Assembly: GCA_001643675.2 (NCBI GenBank)
Contig: LSRY02000015.1
Span: 124,001-188,000, forward strand
Direction of reading: 5' to 3'
DNA from: Monocercomonoides exilis PA203
Taxonomy: Eukaryota; Protista; Preaxostyla
DNA: 64,000 nt
The position numbers and the translations under genes are program-made. Positions 1 to 11,124 of the stretch are shown here, one piece after another. Position 1 is the stretch's first letter. Each line of letters opens with the position of its first letter. The notes beneath the pieces were generated by a model. It worked only from the letters and a program-made list of their open reading frames with translations. It was not told where the DNA came from and did no database searches.

Positions 1-300
1 TGTTGAAGATATTGCGTAGGAACATCAGGATCCATTAAAAAAAAATAAATCGATCTTGTTAACTATAAGAAAATTTTATTGTTATTTATGATTTTTTCCC
101 ACGCAACATAAAGCATTGTTAAATTATGATATCTTCATTAACATCTTCTAACGTATGTTTTTATTTCCTTTTTCTTGCGTTGAAACACAAAATTACACAA
201 AATAAGTTATTTAGGACAGTTTTTAATAATGCAGTTTCAAATCAATTTACCGAGGTATGCTTTGCATTGATGAATAAATGCTCCTAATCAATATTTCAAG

Positions 301-2649
301 AATTCACAAGAAAGCTTGTCCGTTGATGATTTAGTTGGAGCTTCAGTTTTACATGAATTATCGAGCAAAAATGCACCATATTCGCTAACAAGTTCATCAC
401 CTTATATGGATCAACTTAATTTTATTAACGATGCTCATAACGCTGATGAAACAGAAAAATTTCAGCATCTTATAAGAAACCAAAAAGAGAAAATTTCATC
501 AACTTTGGTAAATGAAGAATGGATTCAAAAACCACAAGTTCAGGAAATAAATTCTAGAAGAACTATTTTCGACATTTCTTCTTCAAGTATTTTGTCTCAA
601 CCATCGGAATCTTCTTTTCTCCTCAAAAAATCTTTTCTTGAACAAGATATTGAGAATGCACAAAATATTCACTCTCAAAAAGCATCTAAATACAAACTAC
701 AAGATGAGAAAGCACATTTTCAACTTTCTTCTTCTTCTTCTTCTGATTTTCTACAAAATGATGCAATATCTTCTGACATTGTCATTTCAAAGAACGTTAC
801 CTTAAAAACCTTAGAAAAGACTTACGGATGCGACATGCAGACTGATGACGGGCTGTCGAAAAGCTCGAGAATAGCAGGCGTTAAAAAGAGCGAGCTTTTG
901 AGCAAATGGCAGCGCGAAGATGCGTCCGACGCAACAGCATTTTTCTTGAGCAAACGTGAAAAGGATCCCGGAGCAAATGTTAAGAAATCAGAAATCAACT
1001 TTGATGAAAAAATAGACAAAAATGAAGAAAACTCAGATGCATTTTCGGAAAATTCGTCTGTTTTTGAGATGTCATATAAAACTGAGGGAGAGCAGAATGA
1101 AGAAGGGGAAGAAGGAGAAATGCCCAGTTCGAAATCAAACAAGTACTACAAAATGAGGCAGGCGACAGTGAAAAAGCAGGTCCGCGAGGCGAAAGAGTAC
1201 TTCCAGCTGTTTGGCGAGTGGGTCAGCAAGGAATGGGGCATCGACGAGAGAGAAGCAGCGATGTGGGAGAAGGCGAGGAGGAAGACGATGAAGGAAGAGG
1301 AGCAAAATGCAAATGAGATCAAAACAGGGATGGCTTCAGAGGCGACGGTGGAGGAGATGAGAAGCAGGCTGATGGAGGCGCAGGCAGAAGGGGCAGAGGG
1401 AAAAGAAGTGGATGAGTTGAAGAAGGAAATAGAGAAAAGAGAGAAAAAACTTGAAAAACGTCAGAAAAGCGAGGAGTTGACAGGGCTTGAGCGGTTTTGG
1501 ATTCAAGAAGAGAAGAAGAAAGCAGAAAAAATGAGGAGAGAGAAGAGTGAGGAAGGAGGAGCGAACGAAGAAGACAAAGTGAAATTTGGATATTGGCTGA
1601 TTTCTGAGGAATCGCCGTTCAAATTCACAGATACATTTAGCAGAGAATGGATACGAAGCATCAAAAATACTCATTCAAAACGAGGAAATACAACTGATTC
1701 AGATGAAATTCACTCAAAATTTCAACCTGAAACAAATCAGCAGCGTCAAAAAGCTTTACCATATTTGTCATCTTCTGTGCAACAAGAATTACCAGATGCT
1801 CCAGAATCAATGACATTCGTGTCTTCCATTTTGAATTCTGCAAATGAACAAATGAATCATTCACTCAAACAACAAAATGCTCTGCCAATCAAAAATATAA
1901 GCAGCTTTCATAATTCTGCCTTAAATTCTGTACATCCAATTACAAATACTTTCTCTCAATCAACTTCATCTAAAGAGTTTAGTCAATCTTCTCTCTCTTT
2001 GTGCAATGCAACACCTTTCGGGAGCATTTTTCAATCGTCTCAGACATCTTCTACGTTGGATATGTTATCCACAAAAAAGGTACAAACCGAGAATTCTTCT
2101 TTTCAGATAAAAAACAATGATTCACTTCAATATTCCAATGAAGTTAGACGGAAGAGAGGCGAAGAAGCTGAAAACCACACAAACCATTCTCTTCTGCATT
2201 CCAATCAATTTCACTCCCCTTTATGCCAGCCTTTCACACCTCTCTTAGAAGACATCCTTCCTCAGCCTGCTTTTCTTAACAAAACTGTGTTGAACGAAAC
2301 AAAACCGAATGAAAAACCAATTCAAACTCCTTCCATTCAGAAATGTTCTTTTGCAACTTACACTCAACAGAATTTGCTTTTTGGAACAAAAAGGAAAGAA
2401 ATGAATTTACAACACCAGAAGGCTCTTCCCGCAACTGCTCATGCCAATGACAATAACACACAAATTTTCTTTGAACGAATTGAAAGGCCTCCCATTTTTC
2501 ACGATGTTTTGTTTAATAACAAAATGCGAAATTCTGCTCGTGATCGCATTTTATCCTTAATAAAAGAATCTCAGACACACCCTGTAATTGTTGTGTCGTT
2601 TTGTAATTTTCATTGGAAATCTGAAAAGTTTTTTCAAAATTACAAATAA
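301..2649 (+). CDS. Hypothetical protein: Ser-rich with a central Glu/Lys-rich coiled coil; 5' exon(s) uncertain
   Basis: 777-aa ORF in AT-rich context. The frame is open from 301, preceded by a candidate intron gtatgc...ctaat...tttcaag (255-300). No recognisable domain. Confidence 0.65.
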   Translation, partial: NSQESLSVDDLVGASVLHELSSKNAPYSLTSSSPYMDQLNFINDAHNADETEKFQHLIRNQKEKISSTLVNEEWIQKPQVQEINSRRTIFDISSSSILSQPSESSFLLKKSFLEQDIENAQNIHSQKASKYKLQDEKAHFQLSSSSSSDFLQNDAISSDIVISKNVTLKTLEKTYGCDMQTDDGLSKSSRIAGVKKSELLSKWQREDASDATAFFLSKREKDPGANVKKSEINFDEKIDKNEENSDAFSENSSVFEMSYKTEGEQNEEGEEGEMPSSKSNKYYKMRQATVKKQVREAKEYFQLFGEWVSKEWGIDEREAAMWEKARRKTMKEEEQNANEIKTGMASEATVEEMRSRLMEAQAEGAEGKEVDELKKEIEKREKKLEKRQKSEELTGLERFWIQEEKKKAEKMRREKSEEGGANEEDKVKFGYWLISEESPFKFTDTFSREWIRSIKNTHSKRGNTTDSDEIHSKFQPETNQQRQKALPYLSSSVQQELPDAPESMTFVSSILNSANEQMNHSLKQQNALPIKNISSFHNSALNSVHPITNTFSQSTSSKEFSQSSLSLCNATPFGSIFQSSQTSSTLDMLSTKKVQTENSSFQIKNNDSLQYSNEVRRKRGEEAENHTNHSLLHSNQFHSPLCQPFTPLLEDILPQPAFLNKTVLNETKPNEKPIQTPSIQKCSFATYTQQNLLFGTKRKEMNLQHQKALPATAHANDNNTQIFFERIERPPIFHDVLFNNKMRNSARDRILSLIKESQTHPVIVVSFCNFHWKSEKFFQNYK

Positions 2650-3825
2650 ATGTATTTCTAATTTTAGTTTATTTTTATTTCTGTATTTTTATAAAATAGA
2701 CATTTCGTTCATTTATTGTTTTATGGATTGCAGTTGATAAAAAGATTGAAAATTTTTGATTGAAATGAAATTTGACGCAAAATTCTTGCATTTATTGAAA
2801 AAAAAAAAAAAAAAAAAAAACATTCCCGTTTCAAATCATCAGAAGCGGGTTGTGACGCAGAAGTTTCAAGACTTCTGCCTGATCCTTAAGAAAATGCCAT
2901 GAAAGGCGCAAGATAATAAACACATTATGATTGTTTTATTTGTTTTGTGCTTTTCGCATTGATATGGACAAAACCAGAAGCTGCTGATCATCTTCCTCGC
3001 TTCAATAGCACAATGACGAACAAAATTGCACTTCGCTTGTTAAAAATACCAAAAAAACATCATACTTTTTCCCCTTCCAAAAAAAGTCGGAAAAGTCGTA
3101 TCGCACAAGTTGATGCAGCCGATCTCCTGTCTTGTTGCTTCGCTCAGATTTCTTGGTTTTTATTTCGCAATAAATGTCCAGCTTTCCATTTGGCCAGTTG
3201 CTTTCCTTGCCCAAAAAGCTTCTCCTCTTGTCTTAAGCTCCAAAATTCTATATAATTTTGTGCAGATTTTGTCCTTCACAGAATTCCATCCTCTTTTGTC
3301 TTCATTCTACAAAATAACAGTTGAATTAATTTTCATCTCTTGTTCCAAATAAAAATTATGAAAATCATGTATCTTGCGTAACTTCATTTATTTCTCAATT
3401 GCTATGCGACAATCTGCTCCATTCTAATCGTATTGCTCTCCAAAGCGGAGATTGGCCATTTCAACAATAACTCACATTCCTGCACTTTGGAGAGGATACA
3501 GACGGAAATATCTTCGCAATATATAGAATAATATAAATTACATACACTACATTTTTTGTGCAATTGATAAAATTGTTGTATTTCGTTTGTCGTCCAATTG
3601 TCAAAAATCATCAGGCAGAATTTCAAAATCATTGCATTGCGGTCATCAACAACTATCATCATAGGAAATTATATTTCTAACTTTGAATGATAAATTCACT
3701 CACCAATCTCTCATTTTGCCAATTTATTCTTCAGTTCAAGGAAAGCATTTTGATCATCGAATCCATTATAGAAAAAATTGATATTAAAAACTTTCACTCT
3801 CTTTTGTAGCTTTCTTTAAATACAA

Positions 3826-5479
3826 ATGCAAAGAAGAGGGGTGTGAATGTAGATATTCATTATGACTATTTTCAATTTTTTATATTTCATCGATTTCTTT
3901 TATCCATATATATGTGAATTCAACGTGAAAAATAAAAATTTTTTGTTTTCTGTTAGCACTGCTTTGAGAAAACGCAGAAAATAAACGCCACTAAAAAATT
4001 GAAAGGTTTTCATTCATTGTAACATTTGAATTTATGAAGATCGCATTTCTTTCTTATCTTGTTGAAGAATTGATGAATGAACTGGAAGATTGCAATGAAG
4101 AAAGTCAAATACAGAAAATCCTTGAATTGAATGGATTGATGGAAAAGATCAGCAAAGAAAAATTCAAATCTGTTTTCACAACAAAGTTGTTCAACAAAAT
4201 AGACAAAATGATTGAAGAAAAGAAACTTTCGATGGAAAATACAATTTTGCTGTTGAAGCATATTGGATATTTCATTGCATTAAAAGATGTATCGATTTTA
4301 TGTTTTAATATTTGTCGTGTGAACTTTAGGCTTGAAAAGATGATTTTCGAAGAAAATGAGAAAAAAGAAAAAAAGAATGAAAAACTTCTTGTTGATCTTT
4401 GCGAATGCTATCATTTTCTTAGCAAAGTGGCTTTGATGGATTTGTTTCCTGTAAGTGTGCCTATCCTTCTGAAGGTTGCATCGAACAAAGAGGAAAGCGA
4501 GGAAGTTCAAAAAGAAGTGGAAATGGCTTTGCTAGCTTTGAGCAGCATTGGGAAGAATGGAGTCTGCCTATTTTTGCTTATTTGTTTATAGTATAATTTT
4601 TGCTTCATTTGTATGATTTTTTTCTTGTATTTTTTCAAGGAAATTGAACAAAAACAGTATTTGAATGAGATCAAAGAAATCATCAAATATCATCAAGATC
4701 ATCACAATCTGACTCGTCTTGCGTATCAATCTGCTTTGGAATTTTTGATATGCAGATTTTATGATTCAAACGTCAAGGGAAGTTTTTTTGTCAATGAACG
4801 GCGTCGTGCAAAAGAAGAAAAGTTGGAAGAAGTGATTTTGAATGAGCTGCATTTTGCGAGAGAAGCAAGAAGAGAACAGGAAGAAATGATGAAATGTGTG
4901 GATTGGAAGAGAAGAGAAGAAGAAAAAGAAAGAGGAAAAGAAGTACCAGAAGAGTTTGTTTTAGTGAAATGGCCAAGAGCGTCTAAGATTTTCTTACGCT
5001 TCTACCGATTGAAGAACGAAGAATTTCTTGTGCTTTTGAGCAGCGTTGAAAGAGTGTTTCAAGCGGCAAAGGAGAATTACAGAGATATATGCTATTCGTG
5101 CGTTTGCATGTTTGACGTAGCTGCAGGCAGCAAAGGTGTGAAAGTTGATCATTTGCTAGAGAGTGGGGCTATTGATGCTGTTTTGGAGGAGATGCATCGG
5201 TCAACATTAGAGTCCAGAGTAACAAAAAAAAGCTTTGAATTTTTTGTGAATGTTTCATTGCGAACGAAAGGGATAGCGTTTGATGACGACGAAGAAGAAG
5301 AGGAGTATAGAAAGGAAGAGGTTAAAAGAAAGATAATAAAAAGGAAGATGCTTGAAAAAATGGAAGAAGAAGGATACGAAGATATCATTATTAGCTTTCA
5401 TAAAACATTTGGTTTTATTCGCAAGAAATTTCACGGTGAGTTTTCGTTGAATGTTGAAGATTATTTTGTAAATGTTTGA
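3826..5479 (+). CDS. Uncharacterised expanded-family helical protein, 4 exons (3826-3840, 3957-4005, 4068-4561, 4640-5479)
   Basis: GT-AG introns at 3841-3956, 4006-4067 and 4562-4639 join in frame (MQRRG|HCFEK...LK|ELMNELEDC...KNG|EIEQKQYL). Clear paralog at 9549-11124 with matching intron layout. Confidence 0.8.
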
Positions 5480-6063
5480 TCAAATTCTTTTCATTTGATT
5501 TTGTAACTCAAAAATTAAATTTTCCTTTAAAAATTATTTCTTTCATTAGCAAACGGTTGTTTGATGCGTTTTTCATTTGAAATTTTTGTTGAATTGTTTG
5601 ATGGATAATCGGTTTATGATGTTAATGTTTGAGAAAATGAACCATTTTGTTTTGTAACTCAAAAATATTATCTTTTTCTTTTTCTTTTTCTTTTTCTTTT
5701 TCTTTTTCAAATTTGAAAACTTAATGTTTTTGAAGTGTTTTTATTTTTAAAAATTTTAAAGTTTTATTTTATTTTTTAATTTTTATTTAATCTTTCGTTT
5801 TTTATCTATTCACAGAATAGTAAACAAATTGTTTTTGAACCTTGTAATGAAATGATTAAATTTTTTAATACAGCTTCATTTTTATAATATTGGTACAAAA
5901 AAAATAATAATAAAAAGAAAAATAATAAATTATAAAAAATAAAAAAGCAAATAAATAATAATATTTAAAGAAATTTCACATCAGTCACTCACCATTCATG
6001 TTAATTGTTAAATGTTGGTAGCAGTAATTCATTAATTATTATTGTTGTTTCAGTTTAACATAT

Positions 6064-6960
6064 TTGTCTATATTTTTTCAGGATATGCCGTTGGCAATAT
6101 CAACTCATGGCACATCTTCATTTGAAACAGTTTTGACAGGATACATTCCTCAAATTGACCTACGCTTCATTTCATCCTTCTTGTCTCGAAAAACTTCAAA
6201 AACAAAAGTTTCTTTTAATCGTTCCTTCTTCGATGCATGTTCAATTAGAAAAGTGAAAATTCCTTCAAACGAACAAATTGCAAAGGCACTCAATTGCACA
6301 CCGAGTGTTATCTGCATATTCGACCAGGATTCAAAATGAAAAATGTTCCTGAGAATAAGAATTCGTTGATGACTCGAAAGCAAGAAAAACGAGTCACAGA
6401 AATACTGAAAAATTTAAGAGATATAAAAAGCAAATCACACCGAAAACACTTAAAACCATTGTCGCGAAAGTTTGTCATATAATGCCTTCTCATAATTTTC
6501 ATTCTTCATCCATAAAAAAGCATAACAATGAATTAATGGTCGTCTCTTCCAGCATGAGTAAAGAAAATAGAAACAAAATATCGGAACAAAGTATTATTAC
6601 CTGGAAAAATCATTTTTTTTAATATGTTTGTGGATATTACTTTTATGTGATATTCTATGCTAATGACTCAGGTTATCATTCCCATGAAGATACAAGAACC
6701 GTGAACCTAATAGTCGGAACAAATGAAAATCGTGAAATAGATCACACGCCTTTGGACGGACGAGAAAAAAGGATATCATTGCTTCACTGCATTTCACTTT
6801 ATGGAACTTTTGTTCCTCCTTGTTTTCTGGTGCAAAAACCATTCAACATAAGATCCCAATAATCTCTAGGCAATCAAACCGGAATTCATGGTTGTGCGGA
6901 AATTGGAAATTCGTCTTATTTTACAAAGGAGTTGTTTGAAACTGGATCGAGAAAGTTTTC
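6064..6960 (+). pseudogene. Decayed pogo/DDE_1-type transposase remnant
   Basis: Fragments IAKALNCTPSVI (HTH-like) and IFYANDSGY...KRISLLHCISLYGTFVPPCFLV resemble DDE_1 motifs. Multiple stops and frameshifts; ends near an A44 run. Confidence 0.55.
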
Positions 6961-6974
6961 ATTCCTCATTTCAA

Positions 6975-6975
<1 letters not shown>

Positions 6976-7019
<44 letters not shown>
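6976..7019 (+). repeat. poly(A) tract (~44 nt)
   Basis: Direct observation. Confidence 0.95.
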
Positions 7020-7020
<1 letters not shown>

Positions 7021-7170
7021 AGATTATCCTGAGTCTTTTTCAAAATCGAAGATAAAAGAAAATTCAAACGAAATAGTTTTGCAATTTGAAAAGGATCCAA
7101 CAGAAAATGTGAATTTGAAGAATTTTCTGGAAATCTGTTATGTAAATCACAAAAGTCAAAAAATAATAAA

Positions 7171-8795
7171 TAGCGTCGTGTTTTTTATTCAAAACGATTC
7201 AATAATTCATAATGATCTTATTCGATCATTTATTTAGTGAAATTATTTATTTTATTCTTTTTACCATTTCTCTTTTTTGAAGTGAAAAAATAAAACTCGG
7301 ACTTGTTAACCATTTAAAAGGAACTTCAAATTCTCCTGTCCTAATCCCATCTGGATACTTAGGGTCTTCTGTATCATCAGAAACATACGGATTTGAAATC
7401 AAGATTTCTGGATTGATTGGGAACAATCCAGTTGTCCTGAATGCGTTCTCCTTGTTAAGTAATGATGTTGCCGTCTTTTCTGCATCAATTGCACACTCAA
7501 CGATTAATTTTCTTCTGTCAGCGGCTTTCATTTTTTGTCCATCATTGTGCTCCTCCACCCACTTAATTTTCCTTCTCCTCATCAGCATTCTGAATGCGTT
7601 TCGAAGAGGACAAGCAATTCCAACATCGAAAGGTTGCATTATGTGAGTCAAATTACCAGGTAGTGTGAAAACGAATATAAAATATTTCGCAAATAAAACC
7701 AAAGCTGAAGAGCAAAGACGAGATGGATGACCATCAAGAATCAAAAAAACAGGAGAATTGTGTTGTATAACTCCGAGCGACCTGCAAATTGTTACCCACG
7801 AGCAGAAATGAACAGCATAACAGTAGAAAGCATTTCTGTCCATCCATCCTGATGCATTAACGTGAATTTCGCATGAACCTGCTTTTTTGTACTCCATAAG
7901 TTCAGGAGGAACCGTTTTCAATGCAGAAATAATGATAAATGGTGGAGGAGCTATGCAAGATGGTCCAATGGTGGTCATTATTGATATATGATTATAAGAG
8001 TGATCTTCTGTGGAAGCAGGTGCTCTTTTGGCTTCGGCAGGTACGATTAATTTTTGGGAAGAACAAAAATCAGCATTCCATTCGTCTGCGTTAAATATAT
8101 TTAGCTTGTTGACAGATGGCTTGATGTCTTTGTTAAACATAAAATTGAACCATGCTCTGATGTTTGACATGAATGCTGAGTTCAATTTGGCTGGGGTGAT
8201 ATTAGATGGAGAGTGAACTTTTAGCTTGTGCTTAGAAACAAATCCTGATACATATGCTGGAGAAGGCGGAACAAGTTGTTTATCAAAATGCTTGATAACA
8301 GGACTAAGTCCAAAGTGAAGAGACATCCTTAATGATTTCAAATTTTGTCTTTGCATTTCCGAATAAATGATTTCACTTAATTCTTGTATTGTTATTCCAT
8401 CATGTTGTTGATATTTTTCATGAACAGTTCTCAGCACCTTTTCTTCAAAGTTAAGCAAACAAGGCCTTGTATGAACTTCCTTTTCGTTCCAAGTTTGTCC
8501 GGCGCAATAACATCTTACATCGCTATAAATTTTTGGTTCGTAATGTTAAACGCTTCTGATATCAAAGAAACCTTCTGTGGAAAAGCATCAAGAGCAGCAA
8601 TAACTTTTTCGAACAATGAATTGGCGTTTCTAACTTCAAACGTAAGTTTTTCTTCTCGAAGTTTTTGTTCTCGTGAGATTTTAGAAATCGTTGTATTTCT
8701 TGAACAATAAAATTATGAACGGTCAGAAGCGGATATTTGATCAAAATAGATCATTATGAGTTTATAAAATATTTTGGGAAAAAAAATCACCGCTA
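7171..8795 (-). mobile_element. pogo/Tc1-superfamily DNA transposon with degenerate ~55-bp TIRs and TA target duplication
   Basis: Left end TAGCGTCGTGTTTTTTATTCAAAA...TCATAATGATCTTATTCGATCA vs reverse complement of right end TAGCGGTGATTTTTTTTCCCAAAA...TCATAATGATCTATTTTGATCA. Encloses the transposase ORF. Confidence 0.7.
7247..8700 (-). CDS. DDE_1 (pogo/CENP-B-like) transposase; one frameshift near 8530-8534 separates the N-terminal part
   Basis: Motifs IFNADE, HISIMTTIG, SGWMD, LILDGHPSR and LPGNLTHIMQPFDVG give an intact D-D-D triad. An upstream frame (…SEAFNITNQK|IYSDVR…) joins if a T5 run were T6. Confidence 0.85.
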
Positions 8796-9002
8796 GTTGA
8801 TCCTTTTTGAAATCAAACTTTTGTTCGTGTTTTGATCAAAAATTTAATCTCAATGGGATTTAGTATAAGATTTATTTTCTGCAATAACAACATCATAAAC
8901 AACGAGTATTATCAGTTTTGTTCAATTATTCAAAATCCCTTTGAAATTAAAATTCTGATCAAAACTCGAACGAAAGCATGATTTCAAAAAGGATTAACCA
9001 TA
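8794..9002. mobile_element. MITE (~210 bp) with ~67-bp inverted arms
   Basis: 8794-8861 is the near reverse complement of 8933-9000, followed by TA. Confidence 0.8.
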
Positions 9003-9548
9003 TTGTCATTCACATTTTTCACGAACTCTCTGTTAATTCGCAGGATTTTGATTTCTCTTCTTCAATTCAATGAAATCAGATGGAATGGGAAAGGTTGGAA
9101 AGAGGATGAAGTACACAAAACATCTCAAAAGAGCGTAGGAGAGACTTTTCAAGTTGATGGACAAGAAAGGTCTCACTTATTTTTGTTTCATGAAATTTGA
9201 TGAACAAACCATTTGAAAAAGAGAAAAATGAAAGTCATTTTAATTCTCTTTTTTTTCCCTTCATTTCATCAAAATGAAGTGAGACAAAAAAATTATTAAA
9301 AAAAAAAGACTCAAATGATTATTTTCGATTTTGCAACATGACAAAAAGAAAAACAATAAATTTGAACTACAAAATATAAAAATCTCCTTATCTCAAACAT
9401 TAACATCATCAGTTGATAATTAATCAGTCAATCCAACAAAAAATTATCAATTGAAAAAGGCTTCACACAATCGTTTACCGATGAAGGAAATTATTCAAAA
9501 AAAAAATTTGAAATTATGAAAAATAGAATTATCACAGAATTTCATGAC

Positions 9549-11124
9549 TCAAACATTCACAAGATAATCAGAAATATTCGATGAAAATTCAAAACGATAA
9601 TAGTTTTTGTTAAAAAAAACCAATCTTCTATGAAAGCAAATGATGGCATCTTCGTATCCTTCCTCCTCCATCTTTTCAAAAACCTTCCTTTTTGTTATTT
9701 TTCTTTCCTCTTCTTCCATTTCATTATCCTCTTTTTCTTTCAATCTTTCTGTAATATTCAAAAAGAATAGCAAAAAGTTAAATTCCATTGTTCTTTTTAA
9801 TGTTGGTTGTTTCATTTCCCCCAACAAAGTATTGACTGCTCCTCCATTCAGTAAGTCTTCAACTTTCACAACTCTTCTTTCTGCTGCATTTATCAATGAA
9901 TAAATGCATTGATTGCAAATTAAAATATAATTGTCCCTTGATATTTGATACAGCTGAACAATGCTGCTAAAAAGCCCAACAAATTCTTTATTCTCTAGTT
10001 TGCATCTGAGGAAATATGAACCTACTGTTTGGAGCCATCTTGTCAAAATCAACTCATCTTTTGCTTCCTCTCCTATTTCCATACCTTCTTTTCTCTTCCA
10101 ATCAATGCATCCTGTCAGCTCTTCAAATTCTCTTGCTGCCTCTCTTCCAAAATGCAGTACATTCACAATCACCTCTTCCACATTCTCATTGTATAATAGT
10201 TGATCTATCAAAAAACGCCAAGCACACTGATATGACAGTTTTGTGAGATTTCTGTGTTTCTGTTGATGTTTGATGATTTCAGTAATTTCCTTCATATATA
10301 GTTCTCGTAGGATGAACTAATTAGAAATAAAGGGAAAAAAAGCAAACATAACAAAAATAAAAAAGAAGTGCTCGTACACAAAAACCCATATTGAACAAAG
10401 CCAGCAAAGCTATTTCCACTTCATTTTGAGTCTCCTCGTCTTCCTCTTTCTTCGAGGCAGCTTTCAAAACGTAAGGCACACAAATTGATAATAAATACGG
10501 AGAAAAATTTCCGTTAAGCAAAAAATAGCATTCGCTAAGATTAGCAAGAAGCTTTTCGTTCTTTTTTTCTTTTTTCTTGACTTCAACTCTGATCATCTCT
10601 TCAAATCTTTTGTTCAACGAAGATCTATCAAAGTTTTGATTACATATATTTTTCAGCGCTTTGAAGCATCCAGCATGCTTCAGCATCCAAGTGGCATTTC
10701 CCAATTGCAGTTTCTTATCTTCAATCATTTTGTTCATTTTATCATATAATTCTGTCTTGAAAACTGATTTGAATTCTTCCATATTCATTCCATCAACTAC
10801 TTCATTTATCTCAAGGATTTTCTGTTTCTGTTCAATTTCATCGCAGCCTTCCAGCTCAGAAAACAATTCTTCAAAAAAAAGAAAGAAAGAAATGCAATTA
10901 GCCAGAATTCAAATGCAACAACGAATGCAAACTTGTAAGCTTTTTTGTTCTATATGACTCCTATATACAGATTTTTTTTTAAAAAATTGAACAAGAAAAC
11001 AATGCAATTTTGATATTCACAATGAAAGTTCATATGATTGGATCGAAGTAAATTGGCGCAAAATTTATACTCAAAATATTCAAGAAAATATACGAGTTCG
11101 CACCTTCCTTTTTTGTTTTGGCAT
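9549..11124 (-). CDS. Uncharacterised expanded-family helical protein, 4 exons (11124-11104, 10960-10933, 10868-10378, 10316-9549)
   Basis: GT-AG introns join in frame (MPKQKRK|ESYRTKKLT|KLFSELEGC…MGFC|FILRELYMKEI). Shares motifs with 3826-5479 (EKMEEEGYED, C-terminal DY.VNV). Confidence 0.8.

Noticed and set aside
2798-2820. poly(A) tracts (also 6976-7019) as retroposon tails
   Set aside because: No target-site duplication or recognisable SINE/LINE body found.
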